This document shows, piece by piece, positions 1 through 11,200 of a stretch of 33,462 nucleotides of DNA. Position 1 is the first letter of the stretch; each line of letters starts with the position of its first letter. Below the pieces are notes generated by a model that had not been told where the DNA came from, did no database searches, and saw only the letters and a list, made by a program, of their open reading frames with translations. Origin of the DNA: Acanthaster planci (taxonomy: Eukaryota). A program made the translations under genes and the position numbers. Location of the stretch: positions 310,001 through 343,462 of the forward strand of contig NW_019091356.1 in assembly GCF_001949145.1 (NCBI RefSeq). Direction: 5' to 3'.

Positions 1-3000
1 TTACTTTGGCATTATTTATAAACAGGGATCTAAATACTTCAATTTTCAAGTAAAAAAACAAATGCTTAAGTTTTATTCATACGGCCCTGACTATCAAAGT
101 ACTTTTTTAAAAGATGTGCCAACGTGACCGCTGTCTTATTGCGTCCACCAAACATTGACCGTTGTTCTGTGGTTAGAAATATCAGAAAAGTTGACACTGG
201 AAATCGTCCCTTTAAGTGAATGTCCTTGAAACATGTGACATTGTGTCGTCTAAACAGAGTTGTCGAATTGTTGGAACTTTGCTGTTTAAAGAATTTTTAA
301 CCGTCTCTTCAACGTCACCATTTTTGTACATCATGCCAAATAGATTTCTCTCGTCTGAACGGAGAAAAACTCTGGTAAACCGTTACTTCATCATTATTCT
401 CAAAAAGATCATAGAGGCTTTATCCCCAAAACACCGTATCGGGTCTGCCCTATAGCTTCAACGTTGCTTAAGCCACAGGGCTGCTGTGTACGTTTACTGC
501 AGTATCGATACATTTTCTAGCTTGAGCCTCAAGTCCGTATGGATGGCATGACTCAAAAGCTAAATCTGGTTCGGCAGGACTTCTGCTCAGGAAGTTCTGC
601 AAATCGGTTTCATTTCCGGGTCTTGAGTTGGAATGATCCCACTCACACTAAAAATAGGCAACCTCGTGGGTCACAGCAAAGTTTCAAGCTGGCGTATGGT
701 TATCCTACTATGACGATTGAAGAGCCGAATATGGTCTGGAGAAAGGGGTATCTGAGAGCAAAGAGCGGGGTCCCAGCTAGCGATGAGCCCAGAGGTTTCA
801 GTAGACTGTTCAGGTGTGGATCCAGTTTTGGCAAGGAAGACGGTAATTTCCTTGGCTGGCCCCTACGGTTTTAGGCTGAGACTTGCCTGGGAATTTAAAG
901 ACAGAAACGTCTCCAGTGTCAGAAAATGTGAAATTTGTCTCGCTTTCTTACGGCTGACGAAGCTTGGGTATCCCGCAAAATAATGTGAATTTCTGTTGTA
1001 ACCGCCCTCAATGAACGTGTAACTGCATTAATACGAGCCATGGGTGGCCATTTTAAGAATTTATGTGTCTGGTTTTTCGGTCTGTTTTTATTTCCTTGTT
1101 GTTTATTTAATTTAGCTCGGGTCATGTTGTTTCATTTCCTCAAGGAAATACCCAGCACTGTTTTTAATAGAAAGGAATTTCCCAAGAAAGGTGGTGTAAT
1201 CTGAATGAAAGTTATACGCGCACTGTTTCTATCTAGAAAAACAAATACAGTTTAACATCATGTCAATGCAGAAGAGACGGACGTTTATAGATGTGTAGAA
1301 AAATTAAATTGAAGAATTTTGCACTCGCCTGGTATCAATTTCTTATAGGCCCTACATTTTAAATTCGAAAGAGCACTTATTTTAGCAAGTAAGTTCCCTC
1401 CATCTCTGGTTAAGTTCTTAGAAATTCCTTTGTCCAAAATTGAAGTTGACAAAACTATTTATTACACAGAACCCATGAAGGCATCTCTTCAAGACAACAT
1501 GTACGTTGGTTCTGTAATGGTTTCGTATCAGTTGGGCTTCCTGCAAACAAAAACTTAGTTTTAAGACAAGAATCAGACAAATATTTTGGTGTTTCAGACA
1601 GTTACTATCAGATCAAAATTACATTGTTTTATTAACTCATACTGGAATCGTCGATATAATAAACCATTAGAAAAGTTTCCAAATTAATAATTTATACAAA
1701 GAGTTAACTAATACACAAAAGTATTTACAAAAAAAGTTAAAAGGCTCATTCGTAGTTCACGTATGATGGTAGATGTAACAAGGATTGACTCTTTAAAAAT
1801 GTCTGTTAAATAACAGTAAACTCTATTGTCAATTTGCATTACCGAAGTTGCTGTTTTGGGACAGCACATTCTACTGTCGATTTTTCTCTGTATACTAACA
1901 AAGATTCTACTCTTGCACTACTATCGCAAAAAGGGCGGTTGTCGGGTGTATAAAACAATTGTGTTTGTCAGTCGAGGGCATTTTGTTTTAATAAAAGGTA
2001 TCTAGAGGTTTCCCATTAGCAAATTTTGAATTTTGCGTGTAGCAATATGTGGATGTTTGAATTATCTTTGTCCTCTTTTCTCATTGGCTGTATGCAGCCT
2101 GAATGAATTCTGGTTACAGCAAAAGAGAAATATCTTTTCGGAAAGAGTGATGTTACTATGTATGAACAGAAAAGGCACCGACGGCTTGCCTGTAACATGA
2201 CATTTCTTGTTCACGGACAGAACTTTAATTTAATGGCGATCTGTCTGTAACCGAAGAGAGAAGAGCAGAAAAAAATGCGCAGCGAGTGGAACAGATTTGT
2301 GTATTTTACAGAATACTCCGAAAACAGTAATATCTACTGTATTTTATTGATATTTTCAACAGAAAAGCAACTGTTTGATTTCGCATTTTTTACGCTGTTG
2401 GAAGAGGACAAAAAACAAAATGACTTCAGAATTTGGCGCAGAGAACTTTTGACGATTTAGCACAAGTCGAGCCTACCCCAATATAGCCCGGCTCAGCGTC
2501 GTCACTGATCAGTCTCCCGACTCGTCATTATTTTGTTTATATTCGAGCAGTAGATTGTACTTATGTCATATTCAAAGAATAAAAGAAACAGAACACAAAT
2601 CAACTCCTAATGTGGGAGTAAAATGATACATCACAGAGACCTCTTCAAAAAACAATTAAGTGTCTCTGTGTGTTTTTTCTTTTCTTTTAATTATGTACAT
2701 GGTGTTCTAATATCACCTCTAACAGAGTGAACTCAAGGACACAAGAAGAATCATCTTGGTCTTGAATATCCAAAGTGAACATAAGCAAGTGTTTTTAACT
2801 TGAAAAACCGCAAAATAACAGGACATGCCTCTGAATAAACTTGAAAATTAAACCCAATGGAATGAAACTTCAATGAACAGCAGGGCTCAAAGTTTACTGT
2901 CTCAGCAAGACAATCTGGGTCATGAGAAACAATTTCCCGTTTAAATACATACTCACAAAGAAGGGTTTGTGTCGTTGTTGATCCAACATTCATGATCTAC

Positions 3001-3922
3001 CCCGGCTGGTCACAGCTCATGTGATCCATTGGAATTTTCTACTTTCATTTTCGCATCCTGAGGATATTTACCAATTCAGCTCATGAAAATAAAGCATGTA
3101 GGTCAAATTTCCTGGGTATGAGGTAAACCAAACACCCAAAACAGTCTGTTGCGTAGAGCCCTAGAAATGGCTAGGGAGTCATGACATGACATCGGCCTTG
3201 ACGAAATACGGAAAAGATACCGAATATCTGTTATGTCGCCCTCTCTCGTCAGCACAAACATGAAGACGAGGCATTTCAAATAATCTGAACAATAATCTGT
3301 AAAGGCTATAATCTACAGAAATAGCATATTCTATTGACGTTTATTCACAATGTTGAACGCGCATGTATATTATCCTTTACACTTCAACCTTCTCAGCGAG
3401 ACTAGCTTGAACACCCTCGTCTGTTATTTGTCCAACACATTTGACGGTATTCGTTTACTACCCCTTGCCTGGTCTAAGCAGTCATCATGTGCGCCCAGAT
3501 GCGTATCAATTTGGCTTTAAAACACATCATACATAAATACACACCTGATGACCTAACGGTTCAAACTCAATAAACACTGTTAAAAAGAGAATTGTCAAAC
3601 GAATCCGCAAAAAACAAGAACCATCTTGGTTATTATTTACATCTTGGCACAACTACAGGAAATAATGGTGACATGTCCATCTGAAAGTCCACCCCACAAG
3701 ATAAAAGGGGTCTTTCACTGCATCACACTATCTAAAAGTGTGAACTCTATCTGAAAGCTACGTCAGTGTCAAAAATCAGGGTCACCATTTATCTAATCCA
3801 GAGCTTTAAAGAGGAAATCGCAACGGTTTCCGACCATTGATACTGTAATCTGGGAAATGCGTGCAACTAATGCCAAACCTCGGGTTAGATTGTACGGTCA
3901 GTTCCCTTAGTTAATCTTAATC

Positions 3923-4028
3923 AGTACCAGTGCTTGAAATGACCAGTTAGTACCAGTGCTTGAAATGACCAGTTAGTACCAGTGCTTGAAATGACCAGTT
4001 AGTACCAGTCCTTGAAATGACCAGTTAG
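3923..4028. repeat. Minisatellite: 4 tandem copies of 26-bp AGTACCAGTGCTTGAAATGACCAGTT (plus AG)
   Basis: Units start at 3923, 3949, 3975 and 4001; three are identical and the fourth has one G>C change; no spacers. Confidence 0.95.
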
Positions 4029-4338
4029 CACACTCCTGTTCCTGTTTCTTATCGAATTTCCGAGTCTCTTACTGCATCTTCCTGCATCATCTTATTGTCA
4101 CTGAATATGTCTATTACTGATAGGTAATCAGAGAAATGTCAGATTATTCAGGATTAACTTCATGTTTGTTTGTTTTTTCTTGCAGCCTTTTTTCATCTAC
4201 GAGATACAAGAAGTGCATTTAGAAGCATTACTCAGACTTTTCTGTTCACTGACTAAATTGTCGACAGCAAGCCTTTAAATAGATCATTTTGCCTTATTCA
4301 TACATCTTGAGATTCAATGTATTTATGATTATTGGCGC

Positions 4339-5210
4339 TCATCTTTTGTTAACGCTCATCGCAAGTTTCTCGTATTTTTTAGAAAATGTTTTGACAAGAC
4401 CAGCGCCTCGAGGTGTCTTGAGACCTCGATCGAGTTTGTCGTACTCCGTCAAGCTGTCAGATGTAATCAAGTCCAGCCTGTCATAATGTTCTGTTGTGCC
4501 CATGTCTTTGGGTATTGTCTCGGAGTAAATATTTGGATTTGGTAAGCCTGAACGTTCTTCCGCACACTCAAAGATGTTCTCCCTGCTTCCTCGAAGCGAA
4601 CTATAACCGGAACTTCCTGCATTGCTACCTCTCTTGACGATACTTTGGAGTGAGTTGCGACTCAAGCTTCGGCTTCGTTTGCGACTTGATTGTCTGGGTC
4701 TCTCGCCAGCGGACACAGTGGATTTCGGTCGGGATTTTTTTGAAAAACTCCATGTACTCGCTTTAGACTTACGCTGTATGTCAGCGTAGATGTGTTGCGA
4801 TTCACACAGGATGTAACGCGGTGGGCCCATGTTGAATTCACGAGGAATCGTGCGACTGTTGCCTTTCAGGGCAGCGTCAGGTGTAGCATACATGGTACTG
4901 TATCGGGATTCTGAGGAAGAGTGGGGCTCATTTTCACACCAAGGCGCCTCTTGTGCTTTTTTCTTCGTTGCCACTCTCTGTATGATGGCGTAAGTTGGAG
5001 GTTCCGGGGGTAACTGGCGTTCATTCTGAAGTGGCAACTTTGAGGAAGAAGATTTACCTTGCGTCATCGTCTTGGAAGGTTTAAGGGTGGGTGATTCTTT
5101 TTCTGTCAACTTCGACGATATGGTAGGCAAAGATTTGGTCAAGTTATCATACTTAATTCCTCTCTGCATCTCTTCGATGTCTGCATATGGTGAGTGGTCA
5201 CTTGCTTTTC
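4339..5210 (-). CDS. EMI receptor terminal coding exon: Ser/basic-rich cytoplasmic tail with 12 tyrosines
   Basis: Acceptor ctattttttctcag|, phase 1, in frame with ORF 4339..5169 (276 aa, the longest in the window); repeated YxxI/L motifs. Confidence 0.88.
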
Positions 5211-8200
5211 CTGAGAAAAAATAGAATCAAGATAACGTAATACGGCTTCATCACAGAGCATGGAACAAAACTACTCATCCTTTCAACTCGAATAGCGCCC
5301 TCATAGGTTTTGCGGAAGTAACGAACCAGGTGTTGACGCGTAATCTGTTGACTGTATGTTGCATACGAGTCATTCTTTCAGGACGACGTGTTCAATAGAA
5401 TCAAAACTTGAAATGGATTGTTTAATACATGCAAAAGAAGAATTTTTTGTATTTCTATAAGCAATTTATGAAAAATCAACACATTTCCGTTTTCCTACAG
5501 GAATAAACTGTTTAATCCAAGTATCACATCATGGACACCAACACCATCACACGTGCCATCTCGTAGTATCCCAGATCGCAAACAAGAACTCTATCAAAAG
5601 TATTCCTATGAGCAAGCACCCGTGACCATATCAAAGCTGAGAAATTGTCCTTAACTGCTTTATTGCAGTAGTGGACACTATAAGACCACAGACCAACAAG
5701 AAAACCAAGCAGGAGGCATATCGCTGGTTACCTTTCAGCCTGCCATTCTGCCTTTATGGATGGATGTCACAACTACCGGGATACATCAGTCATGAACAAA
5801 CATAGGCGCCATTTCAACCATGTACAGGGATATGAATGGATACAAATTTGACAGTAAAATCCTATCGAGCCAACAGACGCGATGGTTGAATTGAACATTG
5901 TCAAAAATAACTCCTGAATACTTTGTATAAAGGCACCTGTCCCGACTATCCCGAGGGGTTGATGTCCAATTTAATTAGTTATTGTTATCATACTGCGAGG
6001 CACCCCTCGGCTGAAGTGCAAGATTCCTTATAACATTAATATATCAGACATGATTTTTCTCTGGACAAGCAAGAAGCTAATGGGCCACGAGTAGGGGAAC
6101 CTCGTGAATTTAATTCAGCACCCTGGAGCTAACGGAGACCCTTGCGATGAAACCTTCATTTCTAATTCTGGAAAGCAGAGCCAGACGGTTGGACGTGCCC
6201 TCAAGAACATTGTTGCTGAGCACCGGACACGCTCTGTAACAAAGGGATCTAAGCTAAAAGCACCTGCACTGTCCGCCCAACCATGTTTGTGGAAAAATTA
6301 CCAGGCGACGGCACAAATAGGGAGTCACTGGCGTAATCTGAGTGCCCGCATTTCAAATGCTCTGATGATTTTTCAGATTTCTTTACGAGATGAAGTTTTT
6401 CATTTAAATTTAGGTTTTAAATTAAGTTTATTTTAATCAAATCCTATTAATTCATTAAAGTTATAATTACACCCTCTGTTGAGTCCAAGGTAACGGAGAC
6501 AATGTGACCTCATTTGATTGAAGGACCAACCCCCTCAAATGTTACTTTGATCCAACACTGAAAGAGTACAGGTGCTGTTATCTTGGACACTAATTGTGTA
6601 TTATGAAGTTCAGTGTGTTGACGTCTGTAATCTACATACCTTCACACATATAGGATGTAATTCAAATGACCGGTACTTTGATAATGCCGCGCCGAATTAC
6701 AACTGAAGCTGCATCCGAATCTGTTGTCTAGGGATAGGTCTAGGTCTTCGCTCCCTTGGAAATGTGTGGAGACGCGCAGTCAATAGACCTAGCCATAGCT
6801 CTGGGAGCCCGTTTCGCCGGGACACGGCCTTAATGTTTAATTCATGCCTTAATTGACTGTGAACATTTTCATCCGCCGAGTCTTCACGTAAATGGACCCT
6901 CTGAGGCAATTAGATAACCGAGTTCTATGCTTTGTGTGCAAGTGGGCTGGAACATTTTCATGTCAGTCAAGGTTGCATGTCCTATAGCCATTTACTGCAA
7001 CTTGTTCATTATCTTGGCCGAACAGACACGGAGAACACACCCTGCTGACGTGGGCTCTCAAGCCATTGGCGTATCCGATTACACCTTACTCCCTAAAATA
7101 CGAAATTCCCAGCTTCCTTTTGAATCTTTTTCCTCTGATAGAAGCAACAAATGTTTTATCCGCGAAGTTTACCGGCCGGACTGTGTCCAATCACTGTGAG
7201 AAGTAACTGTTTATGACAGGTAAGATAATTGGCTTGAACGTTTCCACCAGTGAATAACCATGAGTACTTCAGGGAAAGATGGAGTGGGCTTTGATGAAGT
7301 CAATCAATAAGGTGGTGGGAACCAGACCTGACTGAATGGGAAACCTTTAGATCACAGTTTGGTTTCCTGGAGCTAATATTATTCATCTGTTGCCACTCAA
7401 AGGCAATACACCGCTCCTAATACGAAATTTCAGAATACTGTATATAGTTAAGCTATAGCTAACTGTGCGTAAATCGGGGGGGGGGGACTTACATCCTTAT
7501 CGTTCAACAGAAACCTTAAGTTTGCGTGAGAGCCACAAATATGGCTTTAAAATGGCAATTGCTGATGACTAGACAGCTAATCCTTCTACCACTGATTGCA
7601 GAACAATTCTCAGTAAGCAAGTGATTTTCTGCAGATAAAGTTCGTTTTCCTTTAGCGTTTGTACTTTTGAAAAGTTTAAGTTCTGTGAGGGCCATTATTC
7701 TGCTTCTTAATCTTTAAAATCGACAGCAGTGGCAACGTTTAACTGTACTCACTGTGGAAAAACAATAGTTTATATGTGTGTCCAAACCAATAAATACACA
7801 CCTTTTTTGGTTGATTCTCTGATTATCTTCACCTCTCCAGCTTTGATGGATTGAGCTAGAGCCAAAAGCTTGGATTTTCGGAAGGAACAGGAACTAGTTC
7901 TTGTGCTGGCGAAATCAAAAAAGAGATTAAAATATATATTCACAAAAGTGAAACTATTATCTGCCAATGGGTTACACATTAGGTTATTTTTCTCCGTGTA
8001 ATTCCGTTAAGGATGCAGTTTGAGTGGTTTACCTTTGAAGAAATGTAAGTCCAGTTAGTCTGCTATCCATACTCCTTCGTTGCCGGTACATTAAGAACAA
8101 GATGACGACAGCAGCTAGCGACAACACACCCACACCGCATAACATGCCAGTCAGGAACATCATACCAGAATCTTTCTGTGGAGGCTGCATATCCGGTGTA

Positions 8201-11200
8201 GCAGGGTCAACTCCCTCATCAATAGGAAAAGAATCTTGAAGACTACTTTCATCAATCTTTGTGTTACTTGTACCGTCTATTTCTGTTCGTCCATGTATGC
8301 CCTCTCGGCCAGGACCATCACCATTGCCATTCTTTGATCGCGCTCTCTCTCGATCTTGCTCTCGCTCAGTTGGTGAGATTTCAAATCCTACCCGGTTTCT
8401 GCTTTCTGTATTCACCTTTCCTACCCCTACAATTCCCACCTCTTGTTTGGTTACAGAACGGTCCGTTATCCCATTTGGTCTGTACACCAGGGTCTTTGTT
8501 GGCCCGCCGGTAGGTTCATTCTTGGTACCACTTCCTAGGGTCGTGGCTGGTGTTGTAGTCGTCAGGGTACCAGCTGTGGTAACTGTAAGAAAAGTTAGAG
8601 ATGTTAAATAAAGATTGGCAGTGTTTTTTTGTGCACAAGACATATTATAATATACATTTATGGCGCCTAACTCACCTCATGCAGAGACGTTAGTGCATTC
8701 TGACAGACAAATATATACATACACGAATAGGTTATTATGGGTTTCCAAACCCTTAACCTTGTCTCCAGTTTAGCTTCACAATTCTCAACTTTGATCCCAA
8801 GAATTCAGACTTACTGGCTCAAAGCAACCCTACTGTCGAGGTCAAAACATCAACATTTCAAATGTGAACACAGGTGTGAGAGTCCTTTAATTTGGTTCTT
8901 CGGTAAACATTGTAAAATGGTCCACTCAGGAGCTGCAGCAGGAGAATTCACTGTTGACATATGGAAAATGTCCCATAAATCTTCCTTTCAAAAAGGAAAT
9001 GCCAGTGGAAATTTAAGGAAATATATCAACACTCAAAACTGTCCCACGTTATTCCCCTCTTTCACCCGAAGGTATTTCCTAAATCCCATCCTCAAGGGAT
9101 GCTCCGAATGTGTGAGAAGCGGATGAATAATGCCACACACAGACGATGTTATTCGGCGCATACCTGGTGCTGGCGCTGTCATGCACTTCCTGCCACGTTG
9201 CACCCAGCCTGTGCAACATTCTTGAACAACTCTGTAAATAGTACGCGTCTCCTCTCGGTAGTTATGCACGTACACAAGTCTAGGGGAAACAAAACAAACA
9301 TTTAAGACCGAACATTTGGCGCCAAGGATGTTTTCTTACCGATGAATCATTGCAACAAATTTAGAGTGAAATGGACTTTCAGAGTTTAAAGATGCAAAGT
9401 TTGAGCAGTATCGTCACTGACGTGAGCAGATCCTAACAGATGTACTTAGTAATATCTATGTTGCAACACGAGAAAGTAAAAAAAACCGCATTGCCATCTA
9501 TTTCAATTTTGAATAGATGAACAATCACAGTCTTTCTGACCAGATAAATCTGGTCAGAAAGTTCTGCAGTGATTACATGAAGTCGAAACAAAGTTGCTGC
9601 TTCGGTCAAGGGCAAAGTTGTTTCTTAAGGGAATACCATGTCACATTGGTTGCTCTCATAATTGTAGCGGAATTCAAAGGTTAAATATTATTCCCTGGTG
9701 TCATGGACTGCTAACTCTAACCTTGACTTGGGCTTGAGGTTGAAAGATGGCAGCCGCCACCAATTTCATCACTTTAACTCATTCTTGTAGAAGGGGGTGT
9801 TTGAGCTGTCCTGTACCACCTCAAACACCGCTCCCTCCCCTTCCCTTCGACAGGTGTTTACGCAAAGGCACAAAGAGACAGACTTTTATGTTGTGGTACC
9901 TGTGATTACCCAACACTCAAAAAATCACTCTAGGAATTCCCAAAAAGAAATTCTGAAAATTGTCATTGGGATAATAATTGATGCTTCTAGTGACTGCAGG
10001 CTTCAATTGAATTTAAGTGGCCGAGGGAAAGTCGAAGAAAGCTAGAAGGCAAGAAGAGTTGTACGGTGATGGCGCACTGTTTTACCAACTGTAAGTTTTA
10101 GTTGAAACAGTGTTTCGCCAACTTGGAGCAACTGGTACTCGAATACATCAATCAAAATATGAGGATGACATACCCAATAACAGATGACATAAGACTATGG
10201 ATCAGTCTGCTAAGATTTATGGAGTTTCATCAGGTATGGGACGTTTCAGCCTATAAGAATTTTTCATTTGATGATGAAAAAGTACCTCAACGATTCAGGA
10301 TTTTTATATTTGTCCATGTATGGTATTTATTGTAACACAGTGTTAGTTACGGTAATTTCTTTTTAGTTGCAGTGACGTCAAGATCACTTCTGATTATAAC
10401 TAGGTCTGCAACAATCGTGGCTTCTCGGATATAGAAAAAAGAGCAGGCATAACATGCTTGACATTACTAACACATGTAAGCCTATATTACTTTGAATAAA
10501 TTAACTTCCTACAGAAGAATGTAACTAGGTTATATCAGCGGTGTCTTGTAATGCCAACTTCTAATTGACTTGCTATTGAAAAACCTAATATCAATATCAA
10601 TATTGCCATTACATAGTAAGTGTTTCCTTCCATCTAAATTACCATTTTGGTAAAAGGCGGTAACTCCAATTATTGGAGTTTTTAGTTGCAAACTGCTTCA
10701 TTGTATCACTAATTTCCAGACACTGACCCGGTTGCGACTTAATTAATCAAATTAAGTTGATAGCTAGCATCTGTTGCACCGATAAATGACTACTAGAGCG
10801 AAAGGTTCATTTCGTCGTGCTTCTAAATTTGTTTCGCTGTCAGAAATGTAACTTTAAACACTTGAGTTACGTGTTTTCGGTCATACAAGATGGACATTCA
10901 TGTGCAGTTTTTAACACTCTCTCTATTTCATTCTGGACACAGATAATGTCCCTCTCATATGTTTGGTGTCACCTCCATTTAGAATGCTGGATCCGCCACC
11001 GTAAACACCCCAATGCTTGAACTGGGGTGACTGTTTTAAGCCATACGGCTGACATAATGTTCATGCCACACACGCAAGGTTTGCTGCTGTTTGATTTTTC
11101 CGCCCTAACTGAAATCATCGATATGAAGTCACGTGTTACCTGTATCGACTGCAGCGGCCCTGAATTCCACATAATGTCGTGTATCGTATCGTCTTGGTCT

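Noticed and set aside
539..874. 111-aa plus-strand ORF preceded by a possible acceptor at 520
   Set aside because: No recognisable motif and no partner exons found; cannot be supported as coding.
3923..4028. CRISPR array (the 26-bp repeat containing TTGAAA looks superficially CRISPR-like)
   Set aside because: Units are directly adjacent with no spacers, there are no cas genes, and the context is eukaryotic.
4525..4539. NPNIY as a CED-6/GULP-binding NPxY motif
   Set aside because: Spacing is NPxxY, not NPxY.
6483..6588. Inverted repeat GTCCAAGGTAAC / GTTATCTTGGAC (11/12) as a MITE
   Set aside because: Short, imperfect and with no target-site duplication; could be an old remnant but is not supportable.
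6697..6909. Minus-strand ORF with an acceptor at 6901 as an extra tail exon
   Set aside because: Open only in phase 0; in the required phase 1 it stops after five codons.
7476..7486. G11 homopolymer
   Set aside because: Simple sequence with no further structure.
8259..8611. Plus-strand ORFs of 84 and 116 aa (likewise 4289..4486, 9099..9305, 11027..11236, 21363..21644)
   Set aside because: Antisense shadows of real minus-strand exons.
8677..8679. Micro-exon TGA as a selenocysteine codon
   Set aside because: No SECIS element recognised by eye and no redox-motif context; a SECISearch run would be needed.
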